From the NCBI GenBank assembly GCA_965217775.1, contig CBDCJH010000002.1, positions 6,080,001-6,144,000 of the forward strand: a stretch of 64,000 nucleotides of DNA, in the 5' to 3' direction. A program made the translations under genes and the position numbers. This stretch comes from Acidobacteriota bacterium (GTDB lineage Bacteria > Acidobacteriota > UBA6911 > RPQK01 > JAJDTT01). Within the stretch, counting starts at the first letter, position 1, and each line of letters begins with the position of its first letter. Shown in pieces: positions 10,526 through 20,749 of the stretch. A model generated the notes under the pieces. It saw nothing but the letters and a program-made list of their open reading frames with translations. It had not been told where the DNA came from and did no database searches.

Positions 10526-12955
10526 ATGCGTCTGAAAAAGGACGGAAAGAATGAAACCCGGCGGACGGATTTCATGCAGTCGTTCCGTCTCCGGTACGCT
10601 GGATTCTGTCTCGTGGTTCTGGCTTGGGCGGCCTGTTACTCACCGCTCTTGAGTGGCCTGTGGGTAGTCCCCTATGATGCCCTGGCTCAGAATTTTCCCG
10701 CTGCCGCATTCTCCGCGATGGCGATCCAGCAAGGCGATTCGCCCTTTTGGAATCCCTTCCTGTTCAGCGGTCATCCCGCCCTGTCCGACCCCCAGATGTT
10801 CCTGTTTTCTCCCTTGTTGATGCCCTTGATGGTTCTGGGGAACCCTCATGACATCCACTGGTTCACCTTGGTCGTAGCGCTCCACGTACTTCTGGGCGGG
10901 CTTGGTTTTTACGTCTTGCTCCGGCGTGCGGACGTGGCGCTGTTGCCGGCGGTGCTGGGCGCCGTCGTCTTCATGTTCGGCGGGTACGCTCTGGCCCGGC
11001 TGCAGCATACGACCATGATCTTGAGCTACGCGTACTTCCCGTGGGCACTGGTGCTCTTGCGGCAGTTGTTGAACTCTCCCCGCATTGGCCTTGCCGTAGG
11101 CTTCGGTGTGGTCGCCGGGGGCATGGCGATACACGGCAATCAAGTGGCGTACCTGCTGTCGCTGGTCTTGGTCGGCGTCGCGGTGGCAGCGTTCTTCAAG
11201 GCGCCGGACAAAGTCGCATTTCTTCGCCGAAAGCTGCCCTGGCTGGCCGCAGGCGGGATCGTCGCATTCCTGGTTCTGCTGCCCCAGCTCTACGGCATCT
11301 TTCTGTTCCTGGACGACAGCAACCGTCCCCATTTCGAGTACGCCTTCGCCGCCCGGCAATCCATGTGGCCTCATATTCCGGCGACGCTGCTGGTGCCCAA
11401 CCTGTTCGGCGCTCTCGGTGACCACTATGTCGGGCCGGATGATCGGACGGAGTCATTGTTGTACGTCGGTGGCCTCGGCGTCTGGGTGCTGGCGTTCTGG
11501 GGCTTGTGGCACGGATACCTCTGGCGGCGCCGCAACCTGTTCTTCCTCGGAATCCTGATTTTTTCGCTGCTGTACATGCTCGGCGACCTGACGCCGGCCT
11601 ATCGTCTTTTCTACGAGGTCATCCCCGGAATCGCTCTCTTTCAGCGGCCCTTGGACGGTGGTTTTCTGCTCAATATCGCCTTGGCGGGCCTGGTCGCCCT
11701 GGTGTTGGACGAAGTGTTGCGAAGAGACCCGAAGGGGTTTCCGTCCCGCCGGACGCGAGTCGCAGGGAGGGTCTGCCTGGTGCTCCTGGGGACGGCATTC
11801 TCTTTCGCCGTATGGAAAGGCGTGACTCTTCAGCAGGATTGGCGGCCGGTGCTCGAGGCCCTCGGCGCCGCCTCGGCTTGGATCTTGGCATCCGCGCTGG
11901 CTCTGTTTCTATTGCTGCGTTACGAACGTCCGCGCTGGCCGTTGTCCCTGGCCCTCACGGCCCTTCTGGTGGCCAACCTGGGATGGGTGAACCTGAACCG
12001 CAGGATCAATCTGGTCCGGACCAGCGACATCAGCCAGCCCGGTGGGCTGCCGAAGTTCCATCGGCAAATCCTGGAGTTCATTCGGGAAAATACGGCGGCC
12101 GGCGAGAGGGGTGCTCCACCTCGCCGTGTCGATTTGATCTACGCCGGGGCGCAACTTTCGAATCTGCCCAATCTCTATCCGTTTCACTCCATTTCGGGTG
12201 GCAATCCGCTTGTCTCCGGCCGCTATCAGATGTTTGCCGGGAAACGAAACGTCTACTCCGGACCACCCCTGTTCTCACCCATGATGCCGGGCTATTCATC
12301 GGGAGCATTGGATTCTCTGGATGTGAAATACGTGATCACGGCCCTGGACCTGGAAGAGTACGATTCCACTTACGATGCGGCCGAACTGCCGCTGGTGACT
12401 CGCTTTGCGAACATCTCGGTCTACGAGAACCTGGATCTGCTGCCGCGAGCGCGCCTCTTGAACCGGTTCCAGGTTGCCGGCAGCCGGGAGCAGGCGGCGG
12501 AACTGCTGGCCAGTCCGTCTTTTTCACATCACGGCAACGCCGTGGTCGAATTGCGGAAAGGGTGGACTCCCGAGTTGGAAGAACTATTCGGGGTGGTTGG
12601 AACCGAGCGGTTCGTGGCGAACTCGAGTTTCGAGATTTCAACCGAGCCAAGCGACCGTGACCGAGTCCGGATCGTCCGTTACGAAAATGACCGCGTGGAT
12701 GTGGTGGCCGACAGCAATCATCCGCGCCTGCTGGTCTTGGCGGACGTGCTCACCGAAGGATGGAAGGCCTATCTGGGCGAAAGGGAACTGCCCATCCACT
12801 ATGCCAACTACGCTTTTCGAGGCGTGTTTCTGCCTCCGGGAAGCAACGAGGTCAGCTTTCGCTTCCGGCCTTTCGACGCCGACGTCGCCCTCAACGTCCT
12901 GCGGAGGGTCTTCTCCGGTCGCGACGAAAACCCGGTTCCGATTCGATACCGGTGA
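10526..12955 (+). CDS. YfhO-family (GT-C fold) membrane glycosyltransferase-like protein
   Basis: PFWNPFLFSGHP, many TM helices, and C-terminal LVLAD...GWKA...ANYAFRGVFLPPG..V.FRFRP. Confidence 0.85.
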   Translation: MRLKKDGKNETRRTDFMQSFRLRYAGFCLVVLAWAACYSPLLSGLWVVPYDALAQNFPAAAFSAMAIQQGDSPFWNPFLFSGHPALSDPQMFLFSPLLMPLMVLGNPHDIHWFTLVVALHVLLGGLGFYVLLRRADVALLPAVLGAVVFMFGGYALARLQHTTMILSYAYFPWALVLLRQLLNSPRIGLAVGFGVVAGGMAIHGNQVAYLLSLVLVGVAVAAFFKAPDKVAFLRRKLPWLAAGGIVAFLVLLPQLYGIFLFLDDSNRPHFEYAFAARQSMWPHIPATLLVPNLFGALGDHYVGPDDRTESLLYVGGLGVWVLAFWGLWHGYLWRRRNLFFLGILIFSLLYMLGDLTPAYRLFYEVIPGIALFQRPLDGGFLLNIALAGLVALVLDEVLRRDPKGFPSRRTRVAGRVCLVLLGTAFSFAVWKGVTLQQDWRPVLEALGAASAWILASALALFLLLRYERPRWPLSLALTALLVANLGWVNLNRRINLVRTSDISQPGGLPKFHRQILEFIRENTAAGERGAPPRRVDLIYAGAQLSNLPNLYPFHSISGGNPLVSGRYQMFAGKRNVYSGPPLFSPMMPGYSSGALDSLDVKYVITALDLEEYDSTYDAAELPLVTRFANISVYENLDLLPRARLLNRFQVAGSREQAAELLASPSFSHHGNAVVELRKGWTPELEELFGVVGTERFVANSSFEISTEPSDRDRVRIVRYENDRVDVVADSNHPRLLVLADVLTEGWKAYLGERELPIHYANYAFRGVFLPPGSNEVSFRFRPFDADVALNVLRRVFSGRDENPVPIRYR

Positions 12956-13004
12956 CGGATCCGGTCGACGCAGCGAGGCGGTCCGGGGGGCGATACTGGT
13001 GCCG

Positions 13005-13751
13005 TTACGTGCCGGAGACGACCGCCGGAGCGAACTTCCGCCGGTAGAATCGGGTCCAGATGATGATGGCCGGAACGCCGATGGCCGTCGGCAGAATCCA
13101 GGGCACGACGGCAAGCGGTCCCGCGAGTTCGTAGGCCCACAGGCGCTGCGCCCCGAAGACGGCGAACGCGGTGTGAAAGGCGATGCCGCCGCCGAGCATC
13201 GATCCCAGGTGGCTGTAGAACCAGCCCATATGCTGTGCTCCCGGGTTGCGCATCAGACGTAGCATTCCGTGCCCCGTGAAGAGGCCAATTGGGCTCAGTG
13301 CCAGCAGTATCGGCGAGAGGTGCGACCACGCCGCCAGAGCGAACGCGATGACGGTGACGCTGCTGGCAATGGAGGCCCAGCCGAGCGCTTCGTGCCCCGG
13401 GGTCCGTAGCGCGTCCGGCGCCTTGCGTGTTGCCACGACCCGGATTGCCTGGCGCACCATGGCGAACGTGGTCACGCCCAAGTACCCGAGGAACAGGGCG
13501 AAGCCGTAGAGTTCGGGCCGGTCGGCGAGTCCGGGACCCTGGACCTGATAGGAGACGATCCGTCCGGCGGCCGCCGTGACCGCAGACAGAGTCACCACGT
13601 AGGCGCAGTAGGTGAAGACGCGGCCGGCCCGCACGTGCACCCGACCCCCCTTGCGAGCGAACAGCGGGATCCAGAACGCGGCCAAGCCGACGAAGCCGGT
13701 CGCGACGTGAGCCAGGATAAGCAGATCGAACAGCAGGCTCACGATACGCAT
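13005..13751 (-). CDS. DUF2306-like integral membrane protein
   Basis: HV..G.......P...RKGG..H...GR motif, conserved His residues and about seven TM segments. Confidence 0.7.
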   Translation of the reverse strand: MRIVSLLFDLLILAHVATGFVGLAAFWIPLFARKGGRVHVRAGRVFTYCAYVVTLSAVTAAAGRIVSYQVQGPGLADRPELYGFALFLGYLGVTTFAMVRQAIRVVATRKAPDALRTPGHEALGWASIASSVTVIAFALAAWSHLSPILLALSPIGLFTGHGMLRLMRNPGAQHMGWFYSHLGSMLGGGIAFHTAFAVFGAQRLWAYELAGPLAVVPWILPTAIGVPAIIIWTRFYRRKFAPAVVSGT

Positions 13752-14365
13752 GACGAAGACCTCTCACGGGCGTTAGGATCAACATCCGATGCGTCCGCGC
13801 CGCTGGACCTGACTGCGATCCTCCGATCGATTGCGGCCAGCGTCTCGTTGCACCACGTCACCTTGGAACCGATGGAATGAATGCCCATCCGGAGCGACGC
13901 GAACTTGTGAAATCCCGAGTCGCTGTAACGTTCCGGCGCGTCTCCGAAGTTGGCGGTCACCTCCCGTTCCACCGCCCGCAGCTGCGCCAGCCAACGGGCA
14001 AGATGGTCGCGGAGCGCCTTGACGAACGCGCGGGTCTCGTGGAGGTCGCATACCGCGTCCATGAAATAGAGCTGGGCCAGGTACGCGAACCGTTCCGTGC
14101 CGACCACCGGGCCGCGACGGAGCCACTGCAGCAGCTCGGCTCGACCCTTCTCTGTCCGCGTGTAGACCCGGCGCTTCGGTCCCTTCGGCGACGGTTCGAG
14201 CCGGCTCCGCAGCATCCCCTGCCGCTCGAGGCGCTTGAGGGTCGGATAGATCTGGCTCAGCTCGGCGGACCAGAAGTGCCGGATATTCTCACCGAACGCG
14301 TTCTTGAGGTCGTATCCGGTGGCCGGCTCGCGCAGCAAGCCGAGGAGAATGTGGTCGAGGCTCAT
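13739..14365 (-). CDS. PadR family transcriptional regulator with Vir_act_alpha C-domain
   Basis: MSLDHILLGLL...TGYDL...FWSAELSQIYPTLKRLE...PKRRVY. Confidence 0.93.
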   Translation of the reverse strand: MSLDHILLGLLREPATGYDLKNAFGENIRHFWSAELSQIYPTLKRLERQGMLRSRLEPSPKGPKRRVYTRTEKGRAELLQWLRRGPVVGTERFAYLAQLYFMDAVCDLHETRAFVKALRDHLARWLAQLRAVEREVTANFGDAPERYSDSGFHKFASLRMGIHSIGSKVTWCNETLAAIDRRIAVRSSGADASDVDPNARERSSSCVS

Positions 14366-14367
14366 GT

Positions 14368-14421
14368 TGCTATATCAATAATGACATAGTTGACTATATA
14401 AACTCTGTCATAGTAGGTCAA
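14368..14421 (-). promoter_or_regulatory. Sigma70-like promoter and candidate PadR operators
   Basis: Minus strand TTGACC-N17-TATAGT (14421..14393). Inverted repeats ATAGT-CA-ACTAT and CTATGTCA-N4-TGATATAG overlap the -10 and +1 region. Confidence 0.65.
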
Positions 14422-14577
14422 GCGGTCACCGGACAGTGCCGGTTCCTCCCGTCCGATTTGGAGGTCTTCGGCCGCCGATGAAAACGTCTATCGATCCCAC
14501 TCGTCGCGCGCCCCCTGCGGTATGATCGCGAGCGACCGATTCTTGACCGCAAACGCCGAGGACAGGAGAGACTTCCC

Positions 14578-15570
14578 ATGACAGGTCCGATACTTACGAT
14601 CATTGTCTCGCTCGTATTGAGCGCCCCCGGTTACGCCGGCCGGCTTCCTGCGGAGACCGCGGAGGGTCCGGGCCGTTCCGGCGCAGGTGCTGGATCCAGG
14701 CCCGAAGGGGTCCACTGCAAAGGCCAGCCCCAAGGCACGTCCTGCTGGATGGAGTTGGCCAATCAGCCGGGATGTTACGTCTGGAACAGCTACTTCCAGC
14801 AGGACGAGACCGTGGCTTGGACCGCAGGGTGCGCCGAGGGGTTGGCTCACGGCACCGGCACGCTGACGGAGGTCTGGGACGGGGGCAAGAAAAAAGAGGA
14901 AAAAACCGGGCGCATTGTGGAAGGAAAGGCACTGGGGCCATGGGTCTTCCGCGACCAGGATGGGTCCGTCTCAAAAGGCTCGTATAAGGAGGGGATGCGT
15001 CACGGCGACTGGGTCGAGCGCGTGGCGGGAGGGACCGTCCAGGAAGGTCCGTATGAGGCGGGGAAACGGCAGGGCAAGTGGGTCCTGCGCTTTGCTACCG
15101 GGACCGTCATGGAAGGCTCGTTTGTGAAGGGGTACCAGGAGGGCTCGTGGGTGTTGCGTTTCGCTTCCGGGAACGTCTCGGAGGGTCCGTACAAGGCGGG
15201 TAGGCGTCACGGCGACTGGGTCGAGCGTTTGGCGAATGGAACCGTCCAGGAAGGTCCGTATGAGGCAGGGAAGCGCCAGGGACGGTGGGTGTTGCGTTTC
15301 GCTTCCGGGACCGTGATGGAAGGCCCGTTCGTGGCGGGACAGCGTCAGGGTCATTGGGTCGAGCGCTACGCGGATGGGGCCGTCTTGGAAGGCTCATATG
15401 AGGCGGGGAAGGAGCAGGGCCATTGGGTTGAACGTTTGGCGGACGGGACCATCCAGGAAGGCCCGTATGAGGAGGGGAAGCGCCACGGATGGTGGTTTAA
15501 GCGCAGGAAAGGGGTCGTGGTTGAGGAAGCGTACTTTGTGAAGGGGGAAGGAGCGTGGGGCCAAAGTTAG
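14578..15570 (+). CDS. Secreted MORN/YwqK-like repeat protein with Cys-rich N-domain
   Basis: Signal peptide and about nine 23-aa repeats G.WV.R.A.G.V.EG.Y..G.R. Confidence 0.8.
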   Translation: MTGPILTIIVSLVLSAPGYAGRLPAETAEGPGRSGAGAGSRPEGVHCKGQPQGTSCWMELANQPGCYVWNSYFQQDETVAWTAGCAEGLAHGTGTLTEVWDGGKKKEEKTGRIVEGKALGPWVFRDQDGSVSKGSYKEGMRHGDWVERVAGGTVQEGPYEAGKRQGKWVLRFATGTVMEGSFVKGYQEGSWVLRFASGNVSEGPYKAGRRHGDWVERLANGTVQEGPYEAGKRQGRWVLRFASGTVMEGPFVAGQRQGHWVERYADGAVLEGSYEAGKEQGHWVERLADGTIQEGPYEEGKRHGWWFKRRKGVVVEEAYFVKGEGAWGQS

Positions 15571-15585
15571 CAGGAGAGCCTCTCC

Positions 15586-16434
15586 ATGACAGGTCCGATC
15601 CGCACTCAAGGAGCCTGCGCCGCAGAAATTGATCTACTGCGAAAGCGCCCCACTTTCTCGCTACGATCATTCCTACGGCGCGGACTCCTGGTTGTTTTGG
15701 TCCTGTTCAGTAATTCCGGTCTCGCCGGCCCGCTTCCTCCGGAGACTCAGGTGAACCCTGGAGCGGGAGCGGGTCCTGCCGCCGAGGGGGTCCGGTGCCA
15801 GGGTCAGCCCGAGGGCGCGTCCTGCTGGATGGAACTGACCAACCACCCGGGATGTTCCGTCTGGATCAACCATTACCAGCCCGACGAGACTGCGACCTGG
15901 ACCTCAGAGTGTGCCGAGGGGTTGGCTCAAGGCACGGGCACACTTACGGAGGACTGGGACGGGGATAGGAAAACCAAGGAAAAAACAGGATCGCTCCTAG
16001 CTGGAAAGGCACAGGGCCGGTGAGTCTACAGCGACCAGGACGGGACCGTCGCGGAAGGCTCATACGAGGCAGGGAAGCGTCACGGCCATTGGGTCGAGCG
16101 TTTGGCGGACGGGACCGTGCAGGAGGGCTCGTACGAATCTGGGAAGCGGCAGGGCCAATGGGAATTACGCTTCGCTTCCGGGACCGTCATGGAGGGCCCG
16201 TTTGTGGACGGGAACCAGCAGGGCCGGTGGGTGTTGCGTTTGGCGGACGGGGGCGTACTGGAAGGCCCGTATGAGGCGGGGAAGCGTCACGGGCATTGGG
16301 TCGAGCGCGACCAGGACGGGTACGTCTCGGAAGGCGCGTATGTCGATTCACTGCGTCACGGATGGTGGTTTGTGCGCAATAAAGGGGTCGTGGTTGAGGA
16401 AGCGTACTTTGTGAAGGGGGAAGGCCAAAATTAG
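15586..16434 (+). pseudogene. Second MORN-like repeat paralog with an in-frame TGA
   Basis: ORFs 15586..16023 and 16102..16434 share a frame. TGA at 16021-16023 aligns with the Trp of the paralog (KALGPWVFRDQDG vs KAQGR*VYSDQDG). Confidence 0.8.
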
Positions 16435-16506
16435 GCCGTCCGCCCTGGGAGCGGGGACATTCTTGTCCCCGTCTTCATGGCCGACGCCTGATCCGTGTCT
16501 CCTTCG

Positions 16507-16722
16507 TCAGTCGTCCCGCGCCTCGCGCGCTCGCCCTCGAACCCGCGCCACGATCACAGCGGCGAGCCCCAGTACTCCGCCGATCAATACGAAAGCCGGC
16601 GTGTCCGCGCCTTGCTCGCCGAGCGAAGCATTGAACACGCCGCCAGCTAGCATGCCGATCAGCACCGCGAGCATAACCCTCACGGCGTCGCGGTAGCCGG
16701 GACGGGATTTTCCTTCAGTCAT
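16507..16722 (-). CDS. Small two-TM membrane protein
   Basis: 71-aa ORF with two hydrophobic helices and a GGAG SD. Confidence 0.55.
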   Translation of the reverse strand: MTEGKSRPGYRDAVRVMLAVLIGMLAGGVFNASLGEQGADTPAFVLIGGVLGLAAVIVARVRGRAREARDD

Positions 16723-16812
16723 AGTTCTATCTCCAAATATCTCGTCCTCGCAGCCGTGCCTCGGCCAGCGGCCGCCGAGCCCAATAATTCCGTCGAGACA
16801 GCCTGCTGGACT

Positions 16813-18033
16813 TTACGGTCGCTTCACCTCGATGGTTCGGCCGTAGATCCGGCGCGAGGGGGAGGTGTAGTAGTCGTCCCGCTTGTCGTAGACCACGAAG
16901 AGCTTGCCGGGCCTGATCTCGCGAACCGTGGTGTAGGCCCCGGTGATGTCCATGGCGAGCCGGGTCACCTGGGTCCAGGAGTGCCCCTGGTCCACGCTGA
17001 AGGCCACGAAGATCCCGTCGTCCTTGAAATCGGGCTTGTGCCCGAAGCTGGCCACAAGAGTGCCGTCGTGCATCTCGATCAGGTCCGGGTCGACGCCCAC
17101 GATGTCCCGCCACCTGCCCCAGCGGCTGTACTGCCAGCGCATGGGCTGGGCTTGGCTCCAGGTGGCTCCTTCGTCGTCGGAATGGGCCTGATAGATGGGG
17201 TTCTCCCTTCCGGTGCGCATCGGGCAGACGAGCCGACCTTCATGTTTACCCCGGTTGAGGCGGACGATCACCGGCTCGTTGAATCCCTCCTGACCCATGG
17301 GGCCAGCGGCGATGGTGGAGACGTAGGCCCAGTTCTTGCCCACGTCGGTTGAGCGGAGCAAGAGAGCGCGGAACTGTTTCATGCTGGGCCGGTACTGGCT
17401 GGGCGTGTCGTCCTCCTTGAAGACGCCGTAGATTCCGGCCAGGAGGTTGCCGTTGGGCATCTCCAAAATCGTCCGGTGCCAGAGGATCCCGGTGGGGACG
17501 GTGTCTCCCCGGTCATCGCCCAGGTTCGGCTTGGCCCGGGGGACGTGGGCGAAATAGGGCGAGGGGGGCACCGTCTGCCACTGGTCGTCCGAATGCCAGA
17601 CCTGGCCCTGGAAGCGGCCGTCCCCGATGAACCGGCTGTAGTAGTCGAAGATCAGGATCCGGCCCGAGCGCAGTTGGAGGGTGCATCCGGAGATGATGGG
17701 GCCGTCTCCCTGTTCTTCGGTGGGATACCAGAGTTCCCAGGTCTTGCCGCCGTTGGCGGACCGCACCGTCCGGGGGATGTCACGCGGGTAGTTGGGTCCG
17801 GTGTACGACTCGGGATTGGGCCGGAGGACGGTCCCCACCACGATGATGGTCCCCTCCCGGGTAGTGGTCATGTAGGGGAAGATGGCGTCCTACATGACCA
17901 CCGTCTGGGGTCCGACAAGGATTTCCAGTGGTTCCTGTGCCCTCTTGCCGGCGCCCGCCGCCGGGGTCGGATGGGCCCAGAAAGCGAGTAAGCACGCGAT
18001 TGACAAGGTTCGAGGCTGCGCTGCCGTCATCAT
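16813..18033 (-). pseudogene. Secreted sialidase/BNR (Asp-box) repeat protein with an in-frame TAG
   Basis: Asp-boxes SANGGKTW, STDVGKNW, SDDEGATW and SVDQGHSW. The upstream in-frame signal peptide (MMTAAQPRTLSIACLLAFWA) is separated by TAG at 17890-17892. Confidence 0.8.
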
Positions 18034-18178
18034 GTTCGTGTCTCCATCGAAGGTGAGTCGTGGGAATCAATATCCGAAAAAACGCTGGGATATTACAAGC
18101 AGAACAGGAGGGATCCGTTGTCCCTGGTTCCGCGTGGGGACATCTCCAATCTTGTTGGGGAACTCGCGGGAGGCGTGG

Positions 18179-19140
18179 TCAACGACTGTAGCGGTAATCG
18201 AAAATGCACGATGAGCCGACCATTTCTCTAAACCATAACGTCGCAAAGGCGCCCATCGAATCGGTCAGACGCACGGGTTCGTTGAGACTGAAGTGAACCG
18301 GTTGCTGAAGACCGTCGTTGATGGCCACGTTGTCGGCATAGAGATACGTGCGGTCCAAGTTGTCCAGTATGGGATTCAGCCGTCCCTGAATGCCTGGAAG
18401 GTGCCCCGTACGTTTCGCAATGATCAGCGAACCCCCGTTCACGGCCGGGTGCATACGAATTTCGAGTGGCTTGTCCGGCAAGTAGCTCCGTATCACGCAG
18501 GCCGCGAAACCTGGTGCGGCGCAGAACACCGTCATGGGGAGCCTTGCGTAGAGATCGAAACTCGCTCTTCCGAACGCATCAGTACGCTCCTCCCGGTACG
18601 TCTTGTCGGGATAGAGCAAAAGCACATGTACGTCGCGCAACGGGTCGCCGGTCCCGTGTTGGCGCACCGTTATGCTCCCCGCCACCCCGTCCGGCGGAGG
18701 TGGAATCGCTGCCGGAAGGACAAGTTTCAATTCCCGTTCGCCGATCAACTCGAAGACGGGCTTCTGTCCGGACAGCGAGAACGTTTCGTCCTCGATGACG
18801 GCGATGCCCTCGCCCCGCCGTTCGATGAAGTATCGTCGCCCGCCCCAGGCGCCTCCCCGACGGGACACTGTCCCAGCCGTGAGGCCAGGAGTTCGTTGCG
18901 GGCGAACTGGCTGGTGCGAAAATCTTCCGCCGTCATGGAGTTGCAGAGACACCGGGTGAGTAGAGCTCGAGCCTGTCATCAAACATGAACAGACATATCT
19001 TCGATCCCCGCACGGCGTAGTCGCGGTACACGACGGCGTTCACCACCGCCTCGAAGACCGCGCGTTCACTGTATTGGGGCAGATCCTGGCGGGCCGGTCG
19101 TTTACGGGCCGCAACGCGCCGGTTGCGGACGACGAAACGC
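18179..19140 (-). pseudogene. RecG-C/HATPase_c_4-like ATP-binding protein remnant, frameshifted and 5'-truncated
   Basis: Fragments in three frames: AVFEAVVNAVVYRDY...DRLELYSPG / MTAEDFRTSQFARNELLASRL / IERRGEGIAVI. Confidence 0.75.
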
Positions 19141-19197
19141 ATCGTTTTCAGCATCGGCGAGATATTCCTGCCAGCCGGAAGAGTCCACGACGTTCAT
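19135..19197 (-). pseudogene. VapC (PIN) toxin N-terminal stub
   Basis: ATG overlaps the antitoxin stop and reads MNVVDSSGWQEYLADAEN (typical PIN start), then runs into unrelated sequence. Confidence 0.65.
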
Positions 19198-19421
19198 GTC
19201 CGATCATCCTCGCGAGGAACTTCGGTCTCGATGCCCTTGACAAAGCCCCGCATTCGGCGCATCGGACGCACGGGAATCAATTCAATCCGGTTGTTATAGG
19301 CAATGGCCTGAACCTTTTGTCCGGGTTCAAGGCTCAACTCATCACGAACGTCCTTCGGGATGACAACCTGAAACCTTGGTGAGATGGTCACAATCGACAG
19401 GTGAATCCTCCATTGATCCAA
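19194..19421 (-). CDS. AbrB/MazE/SpoVT family antitoxin
   Basis: VTISPRFQVVIPKDVRDELSLEPGQKV. The true start is uncertain. Confidence 0.85.
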   Translation of the reverse strand: MDQWRIHLSIVTISPRFQVVIPKDVRDELSLEPGQKVQAIAYNNRIELIPVRPMRRMRGFVKGIETEVPREDDRT

Positions 19422-19534
19422 TCGACACCTCCTCGGTCACGACGTGCTGCCCGTCTTTCGCTCGAAATCCGGTGGGCTGCATCATCTCAATTGAACTTAT
19501 TTGGACCAGTGTTGCTCTGCACGTCGTCTGGTCC

Positions 19535-19770
19535 TCACTCCAGTACAACTCGAACTTTGTCTGGTTCCTTGCCTCTGGTGAGTTCGTCCAGGTATTCCTC
19601 GAATCGTCGTTTTATCTCCACCGGTGTCGCCGGTGAACTGCCGCCGACCAGCGCTGGGTGCAGATCCTCCATTTTGACCGAAACCTTCCGGAGTCGGGAA
19701 AGCGCCCCACGCAGAGCCGGCATGAGGTCCGGGTCCGGACGGTCCGGCAACGCCTACTGCTCGATGCAAT
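19535..19770 (-). pseudogene. C-terminal fragment of BREX-3 ATPase (DUF6079 family)
   Basis: SPATPVEIKRRFEEYLDELTRGKEPDKVRVVLE* matches the DUF6079 C-terminus as I recall it. Confidence 0.7.
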
Positions 19771-19843
19771 CGTTCACCCGCGTCCTGGGCACCGGTCTGA
19801 GCGGACCGTCGTCCCAACCCCGTCCATGGGATCGCCCACCCGA

Positions 19844-20335
19844 TCAGGACTGCGAATGAGGGCAGGTGCTTCTCTTCGTCCTCGAAGGGTCAGCCCCGGA
19901 GACACGCTCTCCCGGCACCGTTTCCAGAGCCTCTCTCCGAGCGGCGCGCCGCAGACGTCGGTCCCAGCATGCAAATATCAGCGGATCGTCCAAACGACTC
20001 CCTAACATCAGACAGGAGGCCAAGTGGACGACGTCTGCCCTCTTGAGAGGGTACTGGTTCAAGAGCCGGCGCACCCATGGATCGAGTTGTGATGAGATCT
20101 CTACGATCGGCAAAGTGCGCCAGTCACGCTCGAATCGGGCCCGCACCTCGCGTAGCTCCGTCTGGTCGGACGGTTGCTCTCGCTCCTTTCGATGAAGCGC
20201 CGAGAGGGTTTCGGCGTCGGCAAGACGAGACACGGCCCGGAACTGCGCGTCAGACCACAGAGCCGCGATCTGCTCCGTCCCTTCTTCTACAAGGTAGCGT
20301 TTTACCAGGGCACTGGTGTCAAAATAAGCGATCAT
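19844..20335 (-). CDS. vapC: VapC/PIN domain toxin
   Basis: MIAYFDTSALVKRYLVEEG...DVVHLASC...FACWDRRL. Confidence 0.88.
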   Translation of the reverse strand: MIAYFDTSALVKRYLVEEGTEQIAALWSDAQFRAVSRLADAETLSALHRKEREQPSDQTELREVRARFERDWRTLPIVEISSQLDPWVRRLLNQYPLKRADVVHLASCLMLGSRLDDPLIFACWDRRLRRAARREALETVPGERVSGADPSRTKRSTCPHSQS

Positions 20336-20616
20336 CGGCGGTCTTCGCTGACGATGTCTGACACCGACAGTGGACGGCCTCCGATTCGAGGCGGGCGGGG
20401 ACGGTCGCAAGGCGAGGCCTCCAGTGGAAGGGTCACCAGCCCCGCCGCCGCCAGACCGGCCAGCCTTTCCGTAATGGAAGCCGAGCGCCTTGGCTCTTTG
20501 ATGATGCGTGCGACCCGCCGACCGCGGTCGGTGATGACCACCTCGTCACCGGCTTGTACCGCGGCCAGATAGCTGCCGAGACGCGCTTTCGCCTCACCGA
20601 TATCAGCCACGATCAT
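20332..20616 (-). CDS. Phd/YefM family antitoxin
   Basis: IGEAKARLGSYLAAVQAGDEVVITDRGRRVARI. ATGA overlap with vapC. Confidence 0.9.
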   Translation of the reverse strand: MIVADIGEAKARLGSYLAAVQAGDEVVITDRGRRVARIIKEPRRSASITERLAGLAAAGLVTLPLEASPCDRPRPPRIGGRPLSVSDIVSEDRR

Positions 20617-20749
20617 TTCCGAAGCTCCTCCGTCTGCAGCAGACTACGTCGCCGCGGTTCACGGGTCAACGAATGGGTCCTTCCACGTCGAAATGCGGAT
20701 TGCGGGTTCCGTGCCCGTGTCTCTTGTCCGGCCTTCGACTTCGCAAGGG

